From Oscillospiraceae bacterium (GTDB taxonomy: Bacteria > Bacillota > Clostridia > UMGS1840): 64,000 nt of DNA. Shown here piece by piece: positions 26,641 through 36,903 of the stretch (its first letter is position 1; the number at the start of each line of letters is the position of its first letter). The notes beneath the pieces were generated by a model. That model was given only the letters and a program-made list of their open reading frames with translations. It searched no databases and was not told where the DNA came from. The DNA lies in assembly GCA_015068645.1 (NCBI GenBank), contig SVKD01000003.1, positions 24,471 to 88,470 on the forward strand, given 5' to 3'. Position numbers and translations under genes: made by a program.

Positions 26641-29120
26641 TTACAATCGTCTAAGTTTTTGCCCGAGGAAATGGAAACGGTCAAGGGAACCGCTAAGCTG
26701 ACTGCATTTTCCATACAATCGCGCAATAACTGTTTTACAGTTTCTTCTTCTTCCTTCACGCAATCAATCACCAATTCGTCGTGAATCTGCAAAGAGAGTT
26801 TGCTCTTGTAGGGTTTTAACGCCTCTGCCACACGCAGCATCGCCAATTTAATAATATCGGCAGCAGTGCCTTGAATGGGGCTGTTTAACGCCGCACGTTT
26901 CCCGGCTTCTCTCATCATATGGTTACTGCCATTGAGTTCAGGGAAATATCGAATCCGGTGATATAAGGTTTTAGTGTAACCGTTGCGGGTAGCATCTTCA
27001 ATCACCTTTGCCATATAAGTTTCCACTTTGGGATACTGACCCAAATATCGCTTAATATATTCCTGGGCTTCATAACGGCTGATACCTAAATCTTTTGCCA
27101 AAGAGAAAGCACCTTTTCCGTAAATCAAACCGAAATTAACCGCTTTTGCGGCACGGCGGTGTTCGGCGGTTACTTCTTCGGTGGCAAAGATACGTTTTGC
27201 AGTGGAAGTATGAACATCTTCCCCCTCCATAAATGCTGCAATTAAGTTTTCGTCCCCAGAAATATGCGCAAGCACCCGCAGTTCAATCTGAGAATAGTCA
27301 GCAGAAATAAACAAATCGTTTTTCGGCAGAATCACCTGACGGATTTTTCTTCCCTCTTCGGTACGAATGGGAATGTTTTGTAAATTGGGTTCGGTGGAAG
27401 AAAGTCTTCCTGTCTGAGTTAATGTCTGCTGATAGGTGGTGCGAAGAATTCCATTTTCATCCATGGCAGAACGGAATCCCTCCACATAGGTGGAATTTAA
27501 TTTGGTCACCTGACGGTATTCTTTCACCAAATCAATAATGGGATGCATTCCGCTTAATTTCTCCAGCACTTCCGCATTGGTAGAATACCCTGATTTGGTT
27601 TTCTTCACCACAGGAAGCTCCAGTTTTTCAAATAAAATGGTTCCTAATTGCTTGGGAGAGAGAATATTAAAAACTTCTCCTGCCTGTTCATAGATTTTTT
27701 TGGCCAACTCTTCGGTTGTTTGGGACAAAAAGGCGGAAAGCCCGTTTAAATGCTCTTCATCAATTTTTACGCCCTCGGTTTCCATACCATACAACACACC
27801 GATTAAATGATGCTCCATATCGTCAATATAGAACAGGTCTTTTGCAAGCACTTCTTCGGACAGTTTCCCGTAAAGGGTGGGCAAATGTTTTGCAAACGAA
27901 ACCAAAGAATCGGAATGAACATCCGTAAAATTGCGGTAGATTTTAGAGAAATCGCCGTCATTAAAACGAGGGTCACACACATAGGCAGTCAACAGTACGT
28001 CTGCATAAGGTTCAGAAATGACCAGCCCGCTATGAAGCTGTGCTTTCACTCCTGCGGTAATTTTTTTAATATTTTCGCTCTTAAGAATTTCCAAAAATCT
28101 TGTATCATCCGTGGGAATCTGATACACGTTTTCTCCGTCACCCACAAGAAAGTTACCATCATCAATCAGATAGTATATGGTATCTGACGTTTTCTTTCGG
28201 AAAAACTCATCAGCACCCAGTAGCAAAATATCTTCCTCGGGTTCTGATTTGGCATCCCCGATCAAACGGTTTACAAAGCTTAAAAAGTTTAAGTTTTCCA
28301 AAACTTTTTGTAATTCGGGGAAGTTATACGATTTCACCTGATAGTGCTCCATATCAGTATCCACGGGTACTTCCCGAAAAATTCTGCCCAAATCACGGGA
28401 TAAAAAGGCATTTTCTTTGTCGGCTAAGAGTTTCTTTTTGAGACTTTCTTTCACCGAATCAATATTTTCATAGATATTTTCTAAGGTTTTATATTCCGAA
28501 ATGAGCTTCAAACCACCCACTTCCCCAATGCCTGCAACACCGGGAATATTATCGGATTTATCCCCCATAATCGCCTTTAATTCAATTAAATCTTTGGGTT
28601 CTAATCCTTCGTATTTTTCGGCAACTGCCGCAATATCCATCCTTGTGGTCTCGGTTTTTCCCATACGGGTGATGATAAGTTTTACATTCACATACTCATC
28701 CACCAGCTGCAAATCGTCTTTATCCCCTGTTAAAATAAGGCACTCCGTCTGGTTCTCTGAACACACACGGGAGAGGGTTCCGATGATATCGTCAGCTTCG
28801 TAATTTTCTTTTTCCAAAACAGGAATATTCATTGCCGATAACAGCTCTTTTAAAGGCGCAAACTGCTCTTTTAATTCGGGCGGTGTTTCTTTTCGGGTCC
28901 CCTTATAATCGCCGTACATCGCTGTTCTGAAGGTCACACGGGATACGTCAAAGCAACAAGCGATCAGATCAGGTTTTTCTTCCTCTAATTCTTTTAATAA
29001 AATATTCAAAAAACCGAAAATTCCATTGGTATTTAAGCCATCCTTATTGGTCAAAGGACGGATCGCATAATACGCACGATTTAAGATACTGTTGGCATCA
29101 ATCAGCAGAAACTTCTTCAT
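26637..29120 (-). CDS. polA: DNA polymerase I
   Basis: 5' nuclease domain (LLIDANSILNRAYYA) and family A polymerase motifs (DYSQIELRVLAH, RRAAKAVNFGLIYG, QIHDELV). Confidence 0.95.
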   Translation of the reverse strand: MKKFLLIDANSILNRAYYAIRPLTNKDGLNTNGIFGFLNILLKELEEEKPDLIACCFDVSRVTFRTAMYGDYKGTRKETPPELKEQFAPLKELLSAMNIPVLEKENYEADDIIGTLSRVCSENQTECLILTGDKDDLQLVDEYVNVKLIITRMGKTETTRMDIAAVAEKYEGLEPKDLIELKAIMGDKSDNIPGVAGIGEVGGLKLISEYKTLENIYENIDSVKESLKKKLLADKENAFLSRDLGRIFREVPVDTDMEHYQVKSYNFPELQKVLENLNFLSFVNRLIGDAKSEPEEDILLLGADEFFRKKTSDTIYYLIDDGNFLVGDGENVYQIPTDDTRFLEILKSENIKKITAGVKAQLHSGLVISEPYADVLLTAYVCDPRFNDGDFSKIYRNFTDVHSDSLVSFAKHLPTLYGKLSEEVLAKDLFYIDDMEHHLIGVLYGMETEGVKIDEEHLNGLSAFLSQTTEELAKKIYEQAGEVFNILSPKQLGTILFEKLELPVVKKTKSGYSTNAEVLEKLSGMHPIIDLVKEYRQVTKLNSTYVEGFRSAMDENGILRTTYQQTLTQTGRLSSTEPNLQNIPIRTEEGRKIRQVILPKNDLFISADYSQIELRVLAHISGDENLIAAFMEGEDVHTSTAKRIFATEEVTAEHRRAAKAVNFGLIYGKGAFSLAKDLGISRYEAQEYIKRYLGQYPKVETYMAKVIEDATRNGYTKTLYHRIRYFPELNGSNHMMREAGKRAALNSPIQGTAADIIKLAMLRVAEALKPYKSKLSLQIHDELVIDCVKEEEETVKQLLRDCMENAVSLAVPLTVSISSGKNLDDCK

Positions 29121-29961
29121 AATCTCCCTCCTTTAAATTTCCGGAAAGCACTCTTTGTGTATACTCAACACCGTCTCTGGCATCCAAAATATATTCTCCC
29201 AAAGAGGTACGGAGACGATACGCGGGAATCGCCTGGGAAACCATTGCATCCTGATAGTTGATTAAATAATATCCCACCTCAATATTGGTAATTTCAATTC
29301 CCTTTAAATTATTTTGTGCCAAGGAAAGCAACACGGTTTCCAGCTGAGAAAGCTGATAAGAAAAACCGTTTTCTTGATCAGGAGTTCCCAAAAATCCTTT
29401 GATTTGCTTGAATCCGTCTTTGGTCACTGTTACTGAGAAATGAGAATCAAATAATTTGTAGTTTCCAATTCGATATGCATATTCCACCAGAATGTCGTCT
29501 TCAATCTGAAACGCATCAACGGCATACACATATTCCAAAACGCCCAATTTCTCTAAGTATGGAGCAATTTTGGTGGCCGCATTCTTTACGGAAACGCCAC
29601 GGAACGAACCTAAATCGGGAGTTTCATCCCGAAAGAAAAAGACGCCGTTTTCCGATTCCAACCGACATTCCCCCGCTTCATCGGTATATCCGTTTTCATT
29701 TGCAACGGGAGACTTTATCAGCTTCTTTGCCAAATTTTCATCCATCACCAATGGTGCCAATTCCGGAACCTTCAATTCATTTTCCACCCGGGGAAGGCTG
29801 TCAACCTGAAGGTGAATTTCATTTTTGGAGAGCACTGCTGTTAAATCTCCGATTAACTGGCTGTTATCCCGATGACTCTCCGCCAATAAAAAGTTCAACA
29901 AAAATAGATTGATTAAGAAAAACACTAAAATCAATATGGTTTTTGCACGATACCATAACAT
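29098..29961 (-). CDS. YycI-like two-component-system accessory protein (membrane anchored)
   Basis: The N-terminus MLWYRAKTILILVFFLINLFLLNF resembles YycI (MDW.R.KTIFI..F..LN.FL). Size is about 280 aa. Overlaps the polA start by 23 nt. Confidence 0.55.
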   Translation of the reverse strand: MLWYRAKTILILVFFLINLFLLNFLLAESHRDNSQLIGDLTAVLSKNEIHLQVDSLPRVENELKVPELAPLVMDENLAKKLIKSPVANENGYTDEAGECRLESENGVFFFRDETPDLGSFRGVSVKNAATKIAPYLEKLGVLEYVYAVDAFQIEDDILVEYAYRIGNYKLFDSHFSVTVTKDGFKQIKGFLGTPDQENGFSYQLSQLETVLLSLAQNNLKGIEITNIEVGYYLINYQDAMVSQAIPAYRLRTSLGEYILDARDGVEYTQRVLSGNLKEGDYEEVSAD

Positions 29962-30006
29962 ACAGTTCCCTCCCTTCTTTCTAATTAACAGAAAATCTGT
30001 TACCGA

Positions 30007-31365
30007 TTACAATGCAAAACAGGAAACAGTACCATCAGAAAACTGACAGAACCATCCAACCGATATCTGCCCATTTTCCATCATATTACACGGAAACATA
30101 CTTTGAATACGCTGATTCGTTTTACCGGCAATATCAGGCTGATTATACAAAAAATCATATGCCTCAATTACACCGGTAGTAGCCAGAATCTGGTCACTTA
30201 ATTTCACATTTAAAACAATCTGCTCGTATTCCACAATTACACCGTCTTCACAAACTACCCGCACTGCAGGCTGGTCCTTTTGATATAAGAAGCCGTTGGG
30301 AGTGTGATACATAAATTCATAAGTATGACGATTGCCCTGCTCCGAATGAGAAAACACCGCCAGATAACCATCGCTTTCCGGCACGATATTGCGATACAGC
30401 ACATTTACAAATTCAGTAAGTGCTTCCTGTTGCATAGATGCACTCACCTGAATACCTGCCTCTATGTCACCGGTTTCAAAACGAAAGGCACCGTCTTCAC
30501 GGATTTTCAAGGTAGAACGGTTTTCGATAAAATGAATGGCGCCATCTTTATCCCGATAGGAACGTGCCGAATTTTTTACAATATGAAAGGATTTAAACAC
30601 ACTGTCATAAGAAGAAGAATACATTACAGGTTCCACTTCTAACTTCTGCACCTGCGTGGCCTCCAAAAGAATCGGAACAAACCGTTCAAACAAAATACGA
30701 CCGGAGTTATCCGTGTCTGTGTCAAAATTCAGTTCATAAGCATAGGATGCATTTTGACCGGTAACACTAATCTGATCTTCCACCTTTTTGGTATTGGCAG
30801 AAAATTTCACGGGAAGCTGATAGGCATGTCCGGAAGAATCATCCATAAAGGTCAGATAAGTGGCTTGTGCCACATCAATCCCGATGACAAAGGTGGAAGA
30901 TATGGGATTGGGTACATCATCAAAAAATGTGTCGTCTTTTCCCAGAAGCTCCTGCAAGTTGACCCGATTGGAATATTTTAGCATCATACTGTTGGTTTTA
31001 TATGCATTTAAGTATTCTTCTTCGGTAATGGTGGCAAGATTTCCGTTTTTCTCCAGGGAAAGCAGAATATCTGATGCAATCTGATAGTTCTGGGGAAATT
31101 GGGGAGAAGCAGGATAACTGATCATTCTCTGAGATCCGTAAGTAAAGGAAATAAACTCAGGAGTAACCTGACTCCAATATTTCACATCATAGTCTTCCGA
31201 AGGTTCTTGCGGGGTGTCTTTGGTGAAAAAATTTTGCAAAGAATGCACAAAAGAATTATAGTCTAACGACCATAATTCTTTTTCATGCCAAATATGAGCA
31301 GACAAAACTAGGGATGAAATCACCAAGCAAGTTAAGACTACTGTTTTCATAAATTCCTTTTTCAT
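30007..31365 (-). CDS. YycH-like two-component-system accessory protein
   Basis: 452 aa. The N-terminus MKTVVLTCLVISSLVLSAHIW resembles YycH, and the gene is adjacent to the YycI-like gene. Confidence 0.55.
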   Translation of the reverse strand: MKKEFMKTVVLTCLVISSLVLSAHIWHEKELWSLDYNSFVHSLQNFFTKDTPQEPSEDYDVKYWSQVTPEFISFTYGSQRMISYPASPQFPQNYQIASDILLSLEKNGNLATITEEEYLNAYKTNSMMLKYSNRVNLQELLGKDDTFFDDVPNPISSTFVIGIDVAQATYLTFMDDSSGHAYQLPVKFSANTKKVEDQISVTGQNASYAYELNFDTDTDNSGRILFERFVPILLEATQVQKLEVEPVMYSSSYDSVFKSFHIVKNSARSYRDKDGAIHFIENRSTLKIREDGAFRFETGDIEAGIQVSASMQQEALTEFVNVLYRNIVPESDGYLAVFSHSEQGNRHTYEFMYHTPNGFLYQKDQPAVRVVCEDGVIVEYEQIVLNVKLSDQILATTGVIEAYDFLYNQPDIAGKTNQRIQSMFPCNMMENGQISVGWFCQFSDGTVSCFAL

Positions 31366-31432
31366 AAAGAATCACTCCTTATTTTGGGGGAGTTGACTCC
31401 CATAAGATTTGAAAAGGAACATTCTGCATCAA

Positions 31433-31882
31433 TTATTTCCAACCGGAAGTTAAAGATTGCAGACGGCCAATCATGTTAAGCATAGAAGAACTTAACACAT
31501 TCACTTCGAATGTGGCATTCTGATATTTTCCGCCATGCTCTGCACGCAACAAGAAACGATTCCGTCCGGCAGATAAATTCACAGGAATTGCAAAGATACC
31601 GGATGCACCTACCGAAGTGGAAAGTGCACTACCGTTCTGATAATAGGGTCTGTATTCAGAACCGTTAAACAGGTAAACATAAACTCTGGCACCTGCTTTG
31701 GCATATCCTGAAATGGTAACAGACTTATTATAGGTAGTAGAATAGCTCTTATTCGGATTAGTAATTGTGATATAACCTGCGCTACCGTAGTCCCCTGAAT
31801 ATATCGAGGCGGGCGCAGCAAACGAGCTTAAGCTAAACAGAAAAACAAGCACTAATATAAAACTCAAAATTCGCGTTCTCAT
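31433..31882 (-). CDS. Secreted hypothetical protein (beta-rich)
   Basis: Start set to MRTRILSF after AGGAGG. Signal peptide ending FAAPA. No family recognised. Confidence 0.5.
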   Translation of the reverse strand: MRTRILSFILVLVFLFSLSSFAAPASIYSGDYGSAGYITITNPNKSYSTTYNKSVTISGYAKAGARVYVYLFNGSEYRPYYQNGSALSTSVGASGIFAIPVNLSAGRNRFLLRAEHGGKYQNATFEVNVLSSSMLNMIGRLQSLTSGWK

Positions 31883-32128
31883 ATTTCGCGCTCCTCCTTT
31901 CTTGTCGGTAACACTTACAAACAAACAGCCGATAGTACTCTATCATCGTAACCATATTATAGCACAAACTTTGTTACAATACAATTACAAAACATTTACA
32001 GTTTTTATTTTCAAAAAAAAATTCCGTGGAATTTTTGTGGAAATCGTTGAAAACCCGCTTTTTTCAACGGTTTTTGAACCTGTGCTCAAAATAAAAAATG
32101 CCCGAAAATTTCGAGCATTTTTTATGTA

Positions 32129-32971
32129 TTACCAAATAATAAAATACAGGGCAACCAATAAACCAAGCACGATTCTATAGTAACCGAAGGCCTTGAAATC
32201 GTGTTTCTTGATATATCCCATTAAGAATTTAATAGCAAATACCGATACCAAAAAGGCAACCAAAACACCTGTGCCTAAAATTACAAGTTCGGGTGCTGTA
32301 AGCGAAGTTTTCAGGAAAAATTTAACGCTTTTCAAAAGACTTGCACCGCACATGACAGGAATTGCTAAAAAGAAGGAATATTCCGCTGCCACATAACGGG
32401 AAGTACCAATAAGAACTGCACCCAAAATGGTGGAGCCCGAACGGGAAGTACCCGGAATTAAGGACAAAAGTTGGAAACAGCCAATCAAAAAGGCAGTTTT
32501 ATAAGTTAAATCTCCTAATTCCTGCACCTTGGGGACTCTGTTTTTATTACGGTTTTCCATCCAAATGAAAAGAATACCGTAAAAAATCAACGCAACAGCA
32601 ATTACAATGGTAGCCACATCGCCCACAAATACAGTTTCAGACAGCCAATCATCCAGCAGCAGTCCGATGACCGCCGCAGGGAGAACCCCAACGATAACTT
32701 TTCCCCAAAGATTTAAAGTGTCTTTTCGTTCTTCTTTGGTTTTCTTGGGGCTAAAAGGATTGAGTTTATGAAAATACAATAGCAACACAGCTAAAATGGA
32801 ACCAAACTGAATCACTACCAAAAACATATCCCAAAATTCTTTGGAAACATTCAATTTGATAAAAGTATCGGTTAAAATCATGTGGCCTGTGGAAGAAACG
32901 GGCAACCACTCGGTAATTCCCTGCACAATGCCGATAAAAATAACTTTTAAGAGTTCTAAAATGTCGGGCAT
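32129..32971 (-). CDS. uppP: Undecaprenyl-diphosphate phosphatase
   Basis: [17 protein letters not shown] and [10 protein letters not shown] motifs. Start set to MPDILELL. Confidence 0.9.
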   Translation of the reverse strand: MPDILELLKVIFIGIVQGITEWLPVSSTGHMILTDTFIKLNVSKEFWDMFLVVIQFGSILAVLLLYFHKLNPFSPKKTKEERKDTLNLWGKVIVGVLPAAVIGLLLDDWLSETVFVGDVATIVIAVALIFYGILFIWMENRNKNRVPKVQELGDLTYKTAFLIGCFQLLSLIPGTSRSGSTILGAVLIGTSRYVAAEYSFFLAIPVMCGASLLKSVKFFLKTSLTAPELVILGTGVLVAFLVSVFAIKFLMGYIKKHDFKAFGYYRIVLGLLVALYFIIW

Positions 32972-33097
32972 TTTACAAAAAGCCTCCTCTCCGATGATGC
33001 CAAAGACAGAGTTTTTTGGTATCAAAAACTCTGTCTTCGCTCTTTACTAATATATTATTGCATAATAGAAAAAATGCTTAGCAATTTTTGTCATCCG

Positions 33098-36000
33098 TTA
33101 GCATTTTTTTACGGCAAAATCCACTTCTTCGCCGTTCACATTCCAATGTTTTCCTTCGCCCACTAAAGCACCGTAAGAAATTTCTTCTGCCAACACATCT
33201 TCTTTGATGGCATCTTCATTTTTCTTCATAATGTCTGCCACTTTGTCGTTACCACAAACGCTAACGATAATATGGTCAGTCACTTCAAAGCCGGAATCTT
33301 TTCTCATGGTCTGAATTTTGGAAACCACTTCTCTTACAAAACCTTCTTCTAACAGTTCTTCAGTTAAGTTGGTATCCAGAACAACAGTAATGCCGTAATC
33401 GGAGTTGGATTCGTAACCGGGTACCTGTGCAGATTCAATGAGTAAGTCTTCTTTTGTCAGAGCCTCTTCGTTTCCGCCTAAAGTGATGGTTAAAGTACCC
33501 TTGGTTTCTAATTCATCCATCGCAGCGATACCGTCTAATTCAGCCAGAATATTTCTCAGTTCACCAAGTTGTTTACCAAAACGGGGACCTAAGGTCTTCA
33601 GCTGCGGTTTGAAAGAGTAGGAAGTGAAATCTTTCACGCTGTCGGTAAACATCACTTCTTTCACGTTCAGCTCTTCTGCAATGATTTCTTTAAAGAAGTC
33701 GGGCAATTCGTTGTCTGCCTTCACAAACATTTTGCCGATGGGCTGACGGTTTTTGATGTTGGCAGAGTTTCTTGCAGCACGGCCTAACACAACAATATCA
33801 ACCACTTCGTTCATTTTTGCTTCTAAATCTTTATCAATCCAAGCGGTGTTTGCCACAGGGAAATCACAAAGATGAACGCTTTCGGGTGAAGTTTTATCAA
33901 TGGAGCAAACCAAGTTTCTGTAAATATCTTCTGCCATAAAGGGAATCATGGGAGCAGATAATTTTGCCAAGGTAACCAATGCAGTGTATAAAGTCATATA
34001 GGCATTGATTTTATCCTGAGTCATATCTTTACCCCAGTAACGTTCACGGCATCTTCTGACATACCAGTTACTGAGTTCGTCCACAAAATCGTCTAAAACA
34101 CGGGAGGTTTCGGTGATTTTGTAGTCGGAAAGATAGGTATCCACAGTTTCGGTCAAAGAGTTTAATTTGGATAATAACCATTTATCCATGACGGATAATT
34201 TATCATATTCCAAAGAATATTTGGTGGCATCAAAGCCGTCAATGTTTGCATAGAGCACAAAGAATGCATAGGTGTTCCAGAGAGTACCCATAAACTTTCT
34301 CTGACCTTCCGTTACCGCACCTTTATGGAATTTGTTGGGTAACCAGGGAGCAGAGTTGGAATAGAAATACCAACGAATTGCATCCGCACCGTGTTCTGCC
34401 AATGCATCAAAGGGATCCACGGCGTTGCCCTTGGATTTGGACATTTTCTGGCCGTTTTCATCCTGCACGTGACCTAACACAATAACATTCTTATAAGGCG
34501 CTTTATCAAAGATTAAAGTAGAAATCGCCAAGAGCGAATAAAACCAACCACGGGTCTGGTCCACTGCTTCACTGATGAAGTCTGCAGGGAAGTTTTCTTC
34601 GAAAATTTCTTTGTTTTCAAAGGGATAATGCCACTGTGCAAAGGGCATTGCACCCGAGTCAAACCAACAGTCAATTACTTCTTTCACACGGTTCATCTGT
34701 TTGCCACATTCGGGACATTTGATGGTTACCGCATCAATGAAAGGACGATGCAGTTCAATTTCATCGGGGCAATTATCAGACATACTCTTTAATTCCTGGA
34801 TGCTTCCGATTGCGTGACGATGACCGCATTCACACTGCCAGATATTCAACGGAGTACCCCAGTAACGGTCACGGCTTACGCCCCAGTCCTGCACGTTGTT
34901 GAGCCAGTCGCCAAAACGACCTTTCCCGATAGATTCGGGAATCCAGTTTACAGTGTTGTTGTTTTTGATAAGATTTTCTTTTACCTCGGTCATTTTAATG
35001 AACCAGGAGTCTCTTGCATAGTAAATTAAGGGAGTATCACATCTCCAGCAGAACGGATAGGAGTGTTCAAAAGGCAGTGCTTTAAAGAGCAGACCTCTTT
35101 TGTCTAAGTCAATAAACACTTCTTTATCTGCATCTTTACAGAACATTCCCGCCCAGGGAGTTTCTGCAGTCATTTCACCCTTCTGGTCAACCAACTGCAC
35201 AAAGGGTAAATCGTAGTTTCTGCCCACTTTGGCGTCATCTTCCCCGAATGCCGGTGCAATATGAACAATACCGGTACCGTCGGTTAAGGTAACATAGTGG
35301 TCACAAACGATATAGTAAGCTTTTTTGTCGGGTTTTGCAAAATCAAAAAGGGGTTCGTATTCTTTGTATTCCAGATCTTTACCGATATAGGTTTCCAAAA
35401 CAGTATATTCGGTTTCGATTACACTGGGTACCAATGCTTCCGCTAAGATGTATTTCACACCATCAGTTTCGATTTTTACATAGGTTTCGTCGGGGTTTAC
35501 ACAAAGTGCCACGTTGGAGGGTAAGGTCCAGGGAGTGGTGGTCCAAGCTAAAATGAACTCGTTTTCTGCACCTTTCACTTTGAATTTTGCGATAGCGGAT
35601 TTTTCTTTCACGTCTTTATACCCTTGCGCTACTTCGTGGCTGGATAAGGGGGTTCCGCAACGGGGGCAATAGGGCACAATTTTAAAGCCTTTATATAAAA
35701 GACCTTTGTCCCAGATTTGTTTTAATGCCCACCATTCAGATTCGATAAAATCGTTGGTGTAGGTAACGTAGGGGTTGTCCATATCTGCCCAGAAGCCAAC
35801 GGTTCCGGAAAAGTCTTCCCACATTCCTTTATATTTCCAAACGCTTTCTTTACATTCTTTAATAAAGGGTTCTAAGCCGTATTCTTCAATCTGTTCTTTG
35901 CCGTCTAAGCCCAGTTTCTTTTCCACTTCCAGCTCAACGGGTAACCCATGGGTATCCCAACCTGCTTTACGAAGCACGTGGTAGCCTTTCATGGTTTTAT

Positions 36001-36211
36001 AACGGGGAATCATATCTTTGATAACACGGGTTAATACGTGCCCGATATGAGGCTTACCGTTTGCGGTCGGAGGACCGTCATAAAAGGTAAAGGTTTCCCC
36101 TTCTTTACGAGATTCGATACTTTTTTCAAAGATGTTATTTTCTTTCCAAAAAGCTTCGGTTTTCTTTTCTCTTTCCACAAAATTTAAATTTGCAGACACT
36201 TTTTCGTACAT
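33098..36211 (-). CDS. ileS: Isoleucine--tRNA ligase, long (type 2-like) form
   Basis: HIGH motif PHIGHVLT and KMSKS motif. 1037 aa with the N-terminus YDGPPTANGKPHIGH typical of type 2 IleRS. Confidence 0.95.
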   Translation of the reverse strand: MYEKVSANLNFVEREKKTEAFWKENNIFEKSIESRKEGETFTFYDGPPTANGKPHIGHVLTRVIKDMIPRYKTMKGYHVLRKAGWDTHGLPVELEVEKKLGLDGKEQIEEYGLEPFIKECKESVWKYKGMWEDFSGTVGFWADMDNPYVTYTNDFIESEWWALKQIWDKGLLYKGFKIVPYCPRCGTPLSSHEVAQGYKDVKEKSAIAKFKVKGAENEFILAWTTTPWTLPSNVALCVNPDETYVKIETDGVKYILAEALVPSVIETEYTVLETYIGKDLEYKEYEPLFDFAKPDKKAYYIVCDHYVTLTDGTGIVHIAPAFGEDDAKVGRNYDLPFVQLVDQKGEMTAETPWAGMFCKDADKEVFIDLDKRGLLFKALPFEHSYPFCWRCDTPLIYYARDSWFIKMTEVKENLIKNNNTVNWIPESIGKGRFGDWLNNVQDWGVSRDRYWGTPLNIWQCECGHRHAIGSIQELKSMSDNCPDEIELHRPFIDAVTIKCPECGKQMNRVKEVIDCWFDSGAMPFAQWHYPFENKEIFEENFPADFISEAVDQTRGWFYSLLAISTLIFDKAPYKNVIVLGHVQDENGQKMSKSKGNAVDPFDALAEHGADAIRWYFYSNSAPWLPNKFHKGAVTEGQRKFMGTLWNTYAFFVLYANIDGFDATKYSLEYDKLSVMDKWLLSKLNSLTETVDTYLSDYKITETSRVLDDFVDELSNWYVRRCRERYWGKDMTQDKINAYMTLYTALVTLAKLSAPMIPFMAEDIYRNLVCSIDKTSPESVHLCDFPVANTAWIDKDLEAKMNEVVDIVVLGRAARNSANIKNRQPIGKMFVKADNELPDFFKEIIAEELNVKEVMFTDSVKDFTSYSFKPQLKTLGPRFGKQLGELRNILAELDGIAAMDELETKGTLTITLGGNEEALTKEDLLIESAQVPGYESNSDYGITVVLDTNLTEELLEEGFVREVVSKIQTMRKDSGFEVTDHIIVSVCGNDKVADIMKKNEDAIKEDVLAEEISYGALVGEGKHWNVNGEEVDFAVKKC

Positions 36212-36224
36212 TTCGTACTCCTCC

Positions 36225-36575
36225 TATATATCACTCTATTTTCAACAAAGAAACAAAAAAGCTTCGTCCGATAACAGGACAAAGCTTTCTAAAAAACTTG
36301 TAACCACCTATTATCCGTGCACCATCATACACGCTTCCTGTTACGGGGAATACCGTCATTACTTAATATTTTTTAGTAAAAGCACCAACCGACAAACAGC
36401 AATTTGCCTGAAATAGCGATACCAAAAAAATTCGGTAATGCAACTCCAAAGGGATTTTCCTGCCAAACTACTCACTGTCGGCTCACACCGTACCCGACTC
36501 GCTCCAAGCTTTTGTATAGGCAGTACTGTCTTTATCATCGTCTTTTTATTTTGTTTTATGTTTTTATAGTTTTAC
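36225..36575 (-). promoter_or_regulatory. T-box leader (tRNA-sensing riboswitch) of ileS
   Basis: On the minus strand: stem I-like AGCGAGUCGGG..GGUGUGAGCCGAC, the T-box-like sequence AAUAGGUGGUUACAAG (plus coordinates 36297-36312), and immediately after it a terminator gaaagctttgtcc/ggacgaagctttttt (36256-36290). AUC triplets are present, but the specifier was not assigned. Confidence 0.6.
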
Positions 36576-36581
36576 TTATAT

Positions 36582-36610
36582 AGTATAATACATAATTTCC
36601 GATTTGTCAA
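36582..36610 (-). promoter_or_regulatory. Sigma-A type promoter of the ileS leader
   Basis: Minus strand TTGACA, 17 nt, TATACT. Confidence 0.6.
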
Positions 36611-36642
36611 ATTTTTTTGGAATTTTTTTAACATACCCTAAA

Positions 36643-36682
36643 AAAAGATACCTCTCCAACAACAGCGAGGTATCTTTTTACT
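36643..36682 (-). terminator. Rho-independent terminator (second of a tandem pair downstream of the lipoprotein gene)
   Basis: agatacctc / gaggtatct stem with flanking A- and T-runs. Confidence 0.65.
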
Positions 36683-36827
36683 CAATACTGGACTATTTTA
36701 TTTGCCCACACAAACTGCAGATATTGGTCCCGGCAAGATTGTTTCGACCACTGCCACTCACTCAGTTCACTGTATCTGGCACCGGCAGCGTTCACTTCGC
36801 CCCCCTCAAGAGGAAGGAAAAAAGAAC

Positions 36828-36864
36828 GAAAAAACACTCCGTGAAAATTCACGGAGTGTTTTTG
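36828..36864 (-). terminator. Rho-independent terminator after the lipoprotein gene
   Basis: aacactccgtga / tcacggagtgtt stem with a T-run on the minus strand. Confidence 0.8.
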
Positions 36865-36903
36865 TAAAATAATCCTATCAATTCCCTTGCGTTATATCCG
36901 CTG

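Noticed and set aside
26569-26784. 71-aa plus-strand ORF after rarA
   Set aside because: It starts inside the family A repeat, crosses the bidirectional terminator and runs antisense to the polA 3' end.
36683-36827. Cobalamin riboswitch (because of ccactgccact)
   Set aside because: There is only a partial resemblance to the B12 box. The remaining conserved cobalamin-riboswitch elements were not seen, and no downstream gene is in a suitable orientation.
36604-36867. 87-aa ORF spanning the spacer downstream of the lipoprotein gene
   Set aside because: It crosses two terminator hairpins and the GC-rich island and has no RBS. The region is treated as non-coding.
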